A DNA stretch of 6,622 nt, taken from NCBI GenBank assembly GCA_020697515.1, contig JAIXNB010000019.1, forward strand, positions 1 through 6,622, written 5' to 3'. The DNA comes from Nanobdellota archaeon (lineage in GTDB: Archaea > Nanobdellota > Nanobdellia > Nanobdellales > Nanobdellaceae). Positions 1 to 6,194 of the stretch are shown in pieces. How positions within the stretch are numbered: the stretch's first letter is position 1; every line of letters begins with the position of its first letter. Below the pieces are notes generated by a model, which was not told where the DNA came from, searched no databases, and worked only from the letters and a program-made list of their open reading frames with translations. The position numbers were made by a program, and so were the translations under genes.

Positions 1-105
1 CAATCTGAAGGTACATTTGTACTTACAGTAATACTAATGGTTCTTGGACTTTTGATCATAGTTATAACAATCCTAGTGTTATCCACACTTGTTAGAATTT
101 CTTAG
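1..105 (+). CDS. 3' end of an ORF truncated by the window edge; encodes a C-terminal hydrophobic membrane anchor (…QSEGTFVLTVILMVLGLLIIVITILVLSTLVRIS*)
   Basis: Frame 1 is open from base 1 to TAG at 103-105. The last ~25 residues form an uninterrupted hydrophobic helix followed by a short basic tail, as in C-terminally anchored archaeal surface proteins. Only 34 codons are visible, so the product cannot be named. Confidence 0.45.
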   Translation, partial: QSEGTFVLTVILMVLGLLIIVITILVLSTLVRIS

Positions 106-141
106 ACATCTCTTTTCGACCACTTTTCCAAAATTTCGTAA

Positions 142-160
142 TTTTCTTTTTTAATTTTTT
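142..160 (+). terminator. Candidate archaeal T-tract terminator for the upstream ORF (ttttctttttt at 142-152, tttttt at 155-160)
   Basis: Two oligo-T runs lie 40-55 nt after the TAG at 103-105. Archaeal RNA polymerase is known to terminate at oligo-T tracts. The call is positional inference only. Confidence 0.3.
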
Positions 161-242
161 AGTTTCAAACGCCAAATATAACTTTTGATTCACCTTTAAT
201 TGTTTTTATTTTAATTAAAATATATTCGTGTTATGAAACATA

Positions 243-262
243 AGATTTAAGGATTATATTAC
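243..262 (+). promoter_or_regulatory. Candidate BRE/TATA promoter for the AOR-family gene, implying a leaderless transcript
   Basis: ATTTAA at 245-250 is centred about 27 nt upstream of the ATG at 275, the canonical archaeal TATA-to-TSS distance. No GGTG/GAGG-type SD lies between it and the ATG. A second A/T box (ttatatta, 254-261) is too close to serve a leaderless start. Confidence 0.35.
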
Positions 263-274
263 AGCCTCTTTTAT

Positions 275-2026
275 ATGATGAACCTTCTGAGAATAGATCT
301 ATCTTCAGAGTCTATAAAAGTTTCTATTATCGGTGATGAGGTTATAAAATATTGGTTAGGTGGTAGGGGATTAGGAATTTACTTATTTCTTAAAGAGGTA
401 GATCCTACAATAGATCCATTGTCTGAAAAGAACAAATTAATGTTGTTAACCGGCCCCCTCACCGGTATTCTAGGTATTCCTGCTAGTGGTAAGATAGCAT
501 CTGTTACTAAATCTCCTAAAACAAACAGGTTCCATTGGTCTATAGGCGGTGGAAATTTTGGACCTTACCTTAGATTCTCCGGATACGATGGAATTATTTT
601 AGAAGGTAAAGCAGAAAAGCCTGTTTGGGTTTTTGTAAAAGAAGATGAAATAGAAATAAGAGATGCTAAAGACTTGTGGGGCAAAGATGTTTATGAAACT
701 GTAGAAATCCTAAAGAAGCAATTAAAATCTGAAGGATATAATGAAAATAATTTATCTATAGCTGCAATTGGACCTGCTGGAGAAAATTTAGTTAGCTACG
801 CATCAATAATGATTGATAAAGATTCTGCAATTGGAAGAGGAGGACATGGAGCAATTATGGGGCACAAAAATGTAAAAGCAATAGTCATTTATGCTAAAGA
901 AAAAACTTTACCTGTTTATGACAAAAAAGATGTGCAAAATGCTATAGTAGAAATAATCAAAAAGATTAGGCAAAATCAGATAATTAGAGAGCTTACAGAA
1001 CTAGGAACTTTAGGTATGCTTGTAGGAAGATTTGGATCTCAGAAGAAGATTCCTATAAAGAATTTAACAGAACATATAAAACTAGATACAGACAAAATAA
1101 TTGATGAGTGGAGAAAATCAATAGATCACACTAAATCCAGCGAACTGAAGTGTTGGAGGTGTATAATAGCTTGTAAAAAATATGTAAAGATAAAAAAATA
1201 TAAAGGACATGCTCCAGAATATTGGGGTGGTTTTGTATCTTTGGGAACTTTATTAGGAATTTTAGATCAGGAGAAAACTGCAGAATTATATCAGATAGTA
1301 AATAGACTGGGGCTAGACGCCAGTAGTACTGGATGTGTTATTGCTACATTTATAGAACTAGTTAGGAAAGAAAAAGTAAAGTATATGATAGATTGGGGTG
1401 ATTATGGTACAATTAGAAAGTTAATTTATGAAATAGCATACAAACGCGGGATAGGAAAGGAGTTAGCAGAAGGTTCTGGATATGTAGCTAAGAAATATGG
1501 ATACCCGGAAACAGCAATCGTCGTAAGAAATATGGAAGGTAGTATTTGTGATCCTAAAATAGCACAAGGCTTTGGACTCGCTTTAGCTACTAGTAATCGA
1601 GGAGATCACCAACAAAATATGTTAAGAGATGAAGTTCTATTAATGAAACTAGATCCAGCATCTACCAAAAATAAAGCTAATTATGTTGTACATATGCAAA
1701 ATTTATTTGTAGTTACAGATAGTTCTGTAGTTTGTATATTTACAACATATGAATTAGATTTTAATGATTTTGCAAAGCTATTTTCAGCGGTCACTGGGAT
1801 ATCCTTTACTGCAAATGATTTATATAAGAATGCAAACATAATATATTCTGCAGAGAGGTATTTCAATATATTGGCGAAAAACACTGAAGAAGATATTCTA
1901 CCTCCTAGAATATCTCCATATATAGCACTAAACGAGATGCTTCCAGAGTACTACAAATTACGTGGTTGGGAAAATGGGAAGCCTAAGAAAAATATTATTA
2001 AAGAAATAAAAAGAAGGTTAGTTTAG
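275..2026 (+). CDS. Aldehyde:ferredoxin oxidoreductase (AOR) family protein, a tungsto/molybdopterin plus [4Fe-4S] enzyme; subtype undetermined
   Basis: 583-aa ORF with family hallmarks read from the translation. N-terminal LRIDLS…YWLGGRGLG. IGPAGENLV. A CxxCxxxC cluster motif (C293, C296, C300; nt 1151-1174) plus a distal Cys in TDSSVVC (C487, nt 1733-1735). LGLDASSTG pterin-binding-type motif. SNRGDH. C-terminal LPEYYKLRGW. The length and Cys positions match P. furiosus AOR closely as I recall it (Cys288/291/295/494). Confidence 0.9.
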   Translation: MMNLLRIDLSSESIKVSIIGDEVIKYWLGGRGLGIYLFLKEVDPTIDPLSEKNKLMLLTGPLTGILGIPASGKIASVTKSPKTNRFHWSIGGGNFGPYLRFSGYDGIILEGKAEKPVWVFVKEDEIEIRDAKDLWGKDVYETVEILKKQLKSEGYNENNLSIAAIGPAGENLVSYASIMIDKDSAIGRGGHGAIMGHKNVKAIVIYAKEKTLPVYDKKDVQNAIVEIIKKIRQNQIIRELTELGTLGMLVGRFGSQKKIPIKNLTEHIKLDTDKIIDEWRKSIDHTKSSELKCWRCIIACKKYVKIKKYKGHAPEYWGGFVSLGTLLGILDQEKTAELYQIVNRLGLDASSTGCVIATFIELVRKEKVKYMIDWGDYGTIRKLIYEIAYKRGIGKELAEGSGYVAKKYGYPETAIVVRNMEGSICDPKIAQGFGLALATSNRGDHQQNMLRDEVLLMKLDPASTKNKANYVVHMQNLFVVTDSSVVCIFTTYELDFNDFAKLFSAVTGISFTANDLYKNANIIYSAERYFNILAKNTEEDILPPRISPYIALNEMLPEYYKLRGWENGKPKKNIIKEIKRRLV

Positions 2027-2060
2027 TTTATCCCCAATTGTTAAGTCCTCTATCTTTTTG
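2001..2060. terminator. Convergent termination zone between the AOR-family gene (+) and the 137-aa gene (-)
   Basis: Only 23 bp separate the two stop codons (2024-2026 and 2050-2052). The first oligo-T run after each stop lies inside the 3' end of the opposing gene: ctttttg around 2054-2060 on the plus strand, and the reverse complement of aagaaataaaaagaag (2001-2016) on the minus strand. No convincing hairpin. Inference only. Confidence 0.2.
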
Positions 2061-2463
2061 TTAATATATCTAATAAACCTTTCCTTTCTTTTATTTTACA
2101 CCCTGTTATTGCTTTATATGTTTTGTTATCTACAGAGAATGCTACCTTAACATAAACTACATCTCCTGTTTTCTCAGTAGTTATTCCACATCCATCCATA
2201 GAATCCTTACTTATATATTGTATTTGGCAATGATTCTTTTCAAAGAAGTCAGATATTGTAACATTTCTTAGATCCTGCTTTGCCGAGAGAATTACTATTG
2301 CGGTATTATTTGTATATGTACACTCAATCTCTACGAACTGTTGGTATGGTTTAAATACCTTGTATTTAACAACAAGATATGTTAGAGAAAGTAAAAGTAT
2401 CACAAAGATAGATATAGCAACCCAAATCACAGTTTTTGGAATTTTTGTTATATCAAAGTTCAT
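2050..2463 (-). CDS. Small (137 aa) hypothetical membrane-anchored protein with an N-terminal signal-anchor helix and a ~95-aa probable ectodomain
   Basis: ATG at 2463. Residues ~11-33 (TVIWVAISIFVILLLSLTYLVVK) form a single TM helix. The remainder has 4 Cys (48, 79, 92, 122) and three N-X-T sequons (NNT, NVT, NKT). It lies 11 bp downstream of the rfcS stop on the same strand. I recognise no family. It lacks the K/R-G/A cleavage context of a class III (pilin-like) signal peptide. Confidence 0.6.
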   Translation of the reverse strand: MNFDITKIPKTVIWVAISIFVILLLSLTYLVVKYKVFKPYQQFVEIECTYTNNTAIVILSAKQDLRNVTISDFFEKNHCQIQYISKDSMDGCGITTEKTGDVVYVKVAFSVDNKTYKAITGCKIKERKGLLDILTKR

Positions 2464-2474
2464 TATATTATCTT

Positions 2475-3440
2475 TTATTTATTCTTTAAGCCCTTTATAC
2501 CAAGATATGCTAATAATGCGTCTAACTGTATTAGTGGGTTTGATCCCTCAATCATTCTAAATTCCAATTCTCCTATCTGATAGATTATCTCTAATTTATC
2601 TTTCTCAGGAATTTTTAGAGAGTATATCTCTTTTCCTATAAGCTTTATTATATCTTCTCCAGCTAACCCATACCTAACCATTGTATCTAAAAGTTTTGCT
2701 CTGGCTTCCTTAAACTGACCTTTCATAGCTAATTCTATGATCTCTCTAATTTCTCTGGGTTTTGCAGTGGATGCGACCTCATATACTAGATCCATTGTGA
2801 TGTTCTTAGAGTACATTGAGGCGGCTTGCAATAAATTAATGGCTCTCCTCATATCTCCTTCAGATATATCGTATAATGCTTCCAGGGCTCCTTCTTCTAA
2901 AATTAACCCTTCCTTAGCGGCAATATTACTTAATATCTCTAGCACTGCCTCTTTAGGCAATGGTTTAAATCTGAATACAACACATCTAGATTGAATAGGC
3001 TCGATTATTTTTGATGAGTAGTTACAAGAAAGTATAAATCTAGTTATATGAGCATATTGTTCCATAATTCTTCTTAGAGCCTGTTGAGCATCCCTTGTCA
3101 TTGCATCCGCTTCGTCTAGGAAAACTATCTTAAATGGAACATCTCCTATGGGTCTCGTTCTGGCAAACTCCTTAACCTTCTCTCTTATAACATCTATTCC
3201 CCGCTCGTCACTAGCATTAAGCTCTAAGAAGTTATGTCTCCAATTTTCTTCGCCATATAACTCTCTTGCTAATGCTAACGCAGCAGTTGTCTTCCCAACA
3301 CCTGGGGGACCCGCAAACAAAAGATGTGGCATATTTTTTTGAGCCGCAAACGCCTTCAAATGTTTAACAATTTCCTCTTGACCTTTAATATCATTTAACT
3401 TTCTGGGTCTATATTTTTCGGTCCAAACCTCGTAGGTCAT
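2475..3440 (-). CDS. rfcS: Replication factor C (clamp loader) small subunit, AAA+ ATPase, intein-free
   Basis: 321 aa. N-terminal W(T)EKYRP box. Walker A GPPGVGKT (nt 3288-3311, minus strand). [12 protein letters not shown]. Walker B/DEAD-type FLDEADAMT. Sensor-1 region [18 protein letters not shown] containing the SRC motif. GDMRRAIN (sensor 2). Near-collinear identity over long stretches with remembered Pyrococcus and Sulfolobus RFC-S sequences. Confidence 0.96.
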   Translation of the reverse strand: MTYEVWTEKYRPRKLNDIKGQEEIVKHLKAFAAQKNMPHLLFAGPPGVGKTTAALALARELYGEENWRHNFLELNASDERGIDVIREKVKEFARTRPIGDVPFKIVFLDEADAMTRDAQQALRRIMEQYAHITRFILSCNYSSKIIEPIQSRCVVFRFKPLPKEAVLEILSNIAAKEGLILEEGALEALYDISEGDMRRAINLLQAASMYSKNITMDLVYEVASTAKPREIREIIELAMKGQFKEARAKLLDTMVRYGLAGEDIIKLIGKEIYSLKIPEKDKLEIIYQIGELEFRMIEGSNPLIQLDALLAYLGIKGLKNK

Positions 3441-3502
3441 ATACAGTATACACCCAAGTTAACTTTAATAAACATAAATACTGCATAATAAATCTTAATA
3501 TA
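3441..3502. promoter_or_regulatory. 62-bp divergent promoter region with two abutting TATA-like boxes, one for rfcS (-) and one for the 3503 cluster (+)
   Basis: tttaataaa (3464-3472; read on the minus strand as TTTATTAAA) is centred ~28 nt upstream of the rfcS ATG at 3440. cataaata (3473-3480) is centred ~27 nt upstream of the ATG at 3503. No SD-like motif on either side, so both transcripts are probably leaderless. Confidence 0.4.
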
Positions 3503-3922
3503 ATGGTTAGGGGCGAAATAATCTTAGGACTATTAGCTGCAATTTCATGGTCTCTGCACGTTATCTTATTAAAAGCAGCGTCCAAAAGTGTACCCCTAGG
3601 AGCATCCAATGTTTTAATGTCTACAGGGATCCTAATATCGGCTCTTATAACTTATTTATTGCTATGTAGACAGGAAGTAATTAATTTTAATACTATATAT
3701 TTACTTCCTTTTTTAGCAGGTGTATTATGGTTTTGCGGTATATTCGTAGTTAATTATGGAATTAAAAAGGGTTTGAATCTGTCAATTATGGCACCAATAT
3801 ACAACCTGAATACATTATTAGTTGTTCTTCTTTCCTTAGTAATATTTAAGGAAAATGTGGTAGCTTGGAAGGTCATAGTAGCCTCAATATTAGTAACTAT
3901 TGCAGCTATTTTATTATCATGA
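3503..3922 (+). CDS. Small (139 aa) 5-TMS integral membrane protein, single EamA-like domain (half-size drug/metabolite transporter superfamily, BAT-like)
   Basis: Five hydrophobic segments (about residues 6-23, 34-54, 65-87, 93-115, 123-139). The size, 5-TMS layout and G/A/S-rich helices are typical of a single EamA (DUF6) repeat. The stop TGA (3920-3922) overlaps the next gene's ATG (3919-3921). The coding call is firm. The family call comes from topology and pattern, not from an alignment. Confidence 0.7.
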   Translation: MVRGEIILGLLAAISWSLHVILLKAASKSVPLGASNVLMSTGILISALITYLLLCRQEVINFNTIYLLPFLAGVLWFCGIFVVNYGIKKGLNLSIMAPIYNLNTLLVVLLSLVIFKENVVAWKVIVASILVTIAAILLS

Positions 3923-5295
3923 TTTCCAATAGCATTTTAGCAGTTATTAGGATTATCAACAAGTATGAAAAAGATCTAACAGATATACAAATACCAATAG
4001 ATGTCTCAGAGATTGGAGAGAAGTATGGAAAAGTTCCCATACGAATATTTGATGAATATAAAAAAGAAATACCCTTTTCATACATTAATGATGGATGTTT
4101 TGTGAAATTTGAAGATTGGGATGGCAAAGAAATACTAGTGAAAATACCATTGTTAACAACACAAAGTGAGTATTACCTACTAATAATAAAAGGTGATTCT
4201 AATGAAAAAACATTGTCAGTTTGTGATCATTACATATCCTCGGCAGAAACCTATAAAGAAATACAGCTACCCTTAGAGCAAAAACTTAGAGTCATTGATA
4301 AGTATGAATTCTCTTATGGTCATATTCAAGGAATTTCAAGGTTGTACGGTCATATTTATATTAGTACAGTTGATAGAATAAACAAAAAAGCTTTGATTCT
4401 CAAAACTAAAATATTAAAGAGCAAACTAGAGATTGAAAAGATAATTGATGTTACTTATGACGACTTATATCATCCTTCTGGATTGTGTGAAGATGCGAAG
4501 ACTGGTAAGTTGTATGTAGCAGTAGCTCAGTATAAACCGAATGTTGACAAAGCTTCAGCCATCCTTAGAGTAGATCCATATACTATGAGATATGAAAAGC
4601 TATGGGAGGTAGAAGATCATGTTGGAAGTATATGTGTGGGTAAAAAATTCATATACTTATTCTCTTGGGATGGAGAAAGAATGTATATCCTTGATCATGA
4701 TGGGAATTTAGTTAGTTCATTGTTAAGAAAAGGTTGGGGAAGGATACAGGATTGTGATTATATTAATAATAAAATATACGCAACTGCTCAAAGAGAGGAT
4801 AAGATATACATAATAGATACTAAAGCATTTAGAGCTATTGATGCCATATATACCCCAAAGGGTTTTACACATGAAGGATTCGATATAGATCACAGAGATC
4901 CAACCATATTTTGGTTTGCTCCAGATGATGGATTCATATACAAAGTAAAATACTCTTCAATTTTAGGATATTCAATAAAAATCTGTAATTTGTGTAATAC
5001 TAACATAGTAATAAAAAATAAGGATAAAATGTTTCTTTATGCGGACAAGATCATTGCATTAATTAGGAGTAAAGATAAAGAATTCTCTTTTAAACACAAA
5101 TCTAACTTTTTAGAATTAACTATTAGTAGTAAAAAAATTTCTATATACTCGAAGGATGCGAAGTTTGCAATTAATGTAAACGAATTGGAGGAAGCTAAAG
5201 AATACCTAGTATCCATAAAAAAAGATAATGGGGATGTATATATAACTAAGATATATCCAAAACATTTTATAGATGTAAGAATAATAGTTTTTTAG
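3919..5295 (+). CDS. Hypothetical 458-aa multidomain protein: N-terminal ~130-aa domain, central five-bladed beta-propeller-like core (nt ~4321-4953), C-terminal ~110-aa beta-rich domain
   Basis: Long ORF. The 3865 start in the supplied track is a TTG lying 58 nt inside the upstream gene. The first ATG is at 3919 and forms an ATGA start/stop overlap, so 3919 is preferred. No convincing signal peptide or TM helix. Five blade-like repeats start at HIQGI (4321), HPSGL (4471), HVGSI (4618), IQDCD (4744) and HEGFD (4870), spaced 42-50 residues apart. I could place no known catalytic motif with confidence. Confidence 0.8.
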   Translation: MISNSILAVIRIINKYEKDLTDIQIPIDVSEIGEKYGKVPIRIFDEYKKEIPFSYINDGCFVKFEDWDGKEILVKIPLLTTQSEYYLLIIKGDSNEKTLSVCDHYISSAETYKEIQLPLEQKLRVIDKYEFSYGHIQGISRLYGHIYISTVDRINKKALILKTKILKSKLEIEKIIDVTYDDLYHPSGLCEDAKTGKLYVAVAQYKPNVDKASAILRVDPYTMRYEKLWEVEDHVGSICVGKKFIYLFSWDGERMYILDHDGNLVSSLLRKGWGRIQDCDYINNKIYATAQREDKIYIIDTKAFRAIDAIYTPKGFTHEGFDIDHRDPTIFWFAPDDGFIYKVKYSSILGYSIKICNLCNTNIVIKNKDKMFLYADKIIALIRSKDKEFSFKHKSNFLELTISSKKISIYSKDAKFAINVNELEEAKEYLVSIKKDNGDVYITKIYPKHFIDVRIIVF

Positions 5296-5309
5296 TTTAA
5301 CTATTGAAA

Positions 5310-6155
5310 ATGGGTGTACTAGTTGTAGGGCATATTACTAAGGATATAATTAAAAGAGATGATAATTTATTTGAATCTCCCGGAGGAGTTGTTTATTACT
5401 TCTCATTAGTTGCAAGAAGATTGGGACTAGATGTTGATGTTTTAACAAAATTGAATCCAAAAGACATACACCTTCTAAATGAACTAAGGAAAGAGGGAAT
5501 AAACATAATATGGAAAGAGAGTAAAGAAACTACAGTATTTGAAAATATTTACCATGAAGATATAGACAAAAGGAAGCAGAAAGTATTGTCTATTGCTGAT
5601 CCTATAGGAGTCCAGGATTTTCCAAACAAGGAATATAAATTAATACACTTCGGACCGTTAGTTCATTCAGATATACCTACCGATATTTATCAAAGAGTTA
5701 GAAAACTGTATAAACAGACGATAATATCTTTAGACATTCAAGGACATATGAGATTTGTTGAAGGTGACAAAATTGTGCTTAAAAAAATAGATATTGATTT
5801 CTTGAGTTATATAGATGTGTTAAAGCTAAATGAGAAGGAAATTTACACATTAACTGGATATAAGGAGTATATAGAAGCTCTCAAAATACTAGGGGAGTAT
5901 ACTAATGAGATAGTTCTTACCTTAGGAAGTAAAGGCTCTATAATATATTATAATGGAGATATATTTGAAATTCCAGTATTCAAACCACGGAAAATTGTGG
6001 ACGTTACAGGATGTGGAGACACATATATGGCCGCGTATCTATTTATGAGATTAAAAGGTTTCCATCCACAAAGTTCAGGTATATTTGCATCATTCTTAGC
6101 CGGATTAAAAGTAGAGAGTGTAGGGATAAATATCCCAAAAATTACGTTGGAATAA
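5310..6155 (+). CDS. PfkB/ribokinase-family carbohydrate or nucleoside kinase (short form, ~281 aa)
   Basis: N-terminal VLVVGHITKDI. Degenerate first PfkB signature PGGVVYYFSLVARRLG. NxxE Mg/phosphate motif LNEKE (N at 5829-5831). Second PfkB signature with catalytic Asp, DVTGCGD (6000-6020). The first ATG is at 5310. The track's 5304 start is a TTG two codons upstream and cannot be excluded. Only 8-14 bp separate it from the upstream stop (5293-5295). Confidence 0.87.
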   Translation: MGVLVVGHITKDIIKRDDNLFESPGGVVYYFSLVARRLGLDVDVLTKLNPKDIHLLNELRKEGINIIWKESKETTVFENIYHEDIDKRKQKVLSIADPIGVQDFPNKEYKLIHFGPLVHSDIPTDIYQRVRKLYKQTIISLDIQGHMRFVEGDKIVLKKIDIDFLSYIDVLKLNEKEIYTLTGYKEYIEALKILGEYTNEIVLTLGSKGSIIYYNGDIFEIPVFKPRKIVDVTGCGDTYMAAYLFMRLKGFHPQSSGIFASFLAGLKVESVGINIPKITLE

Positions 6156-6194
6156 ATTTTAATACCGTGCTGTTCTCTCTGAATAGTATCAATA

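Noticed and set aside
233-250. Tiny ORF ATG AAA CAT AAG ATT TAA in the AOR upstream region
   Set aside because: At five codons it overlaps the putative TATA box. No evidence supports a leader peptide, and leaderless architecture is more likely.
275-339. C/D-box sRNA-like motifs: AUGAUGA (275-281), CUGA (287-290) and UGAUGA (334-339)
   Set aside because: The spacing is wrong: only 5 nt separate the C-like and D'-like boxes, where ~12 are needed. No terminal CUGA D box follows the second UGAUGA. No terminal stem is present. The motifs sit in the first codons of a well-supported AOR ORF (ATG ATG A…), so they are most likely chance.
449-466. GC-rich inverted repeat ACCGG-ccccctca-CCGGT inside the AOR gene
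   Set aside because: The 5-bp stem arises from the repeated Thr-Gly codons of the conserved LTGPLTG peptide. It is within coding sequence and nothing suggests a regulatory role.
1681-1884. 67-aa minus-strand ORF inside the AOR gene
   Set aside because: It is entirely antisense to a strongly supported conserved CDS. The peptide is low-complexity with no motifs. This is a typical shadow ORF in AT-rich DNA.
2360-2560. 66-aa plus-strand ORF spanning the junction between the 137-aa gene and rfcS
   Set aside because: It is antisense to two minus-strand genes. The hydrophobic, low-complexity translation is an artefact of reading a TM-helix and AT-rich region in reverse.
2737-3342. Two plus-strand ORFs (2737-2994, 3148-3342) antisense to rfcS
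   Set aside because: Both are shadow ORFs opposite a highly conserved AAA+ gene, with Ser/Leu-rich sequences and no recognisable motif or promoter context.
3409-3609. 66-aa minus-strand ORF across the divergent promoter and the start of the EamA-like gene
   Set aside because: It would overlap the rfcS 5' end in another frame, span the promoter region and run antisense to the membrane-protein gene. No supporting signal.
3865-3918. Upstream extension of the 458-aa ORF to the track's start at 3865
   Set aside because: Position 3865 is a TTG, not an ATG, and lies 58 nt inside the preceding membrane-protein gene. The first ATG (3919) forms a classic ATGA overlap with that gene's stop. The extra 18 residues (MEGHSSLNISNYCSYFII) show no signal-peptide character.
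3906-4127. 73-aa minus-strand ORF antisense to the start of the 458-aa gene
   Set aside because: Shadow ORF with no upstream promoter-like context and no motifs. The sense-strand ORF is far longer.
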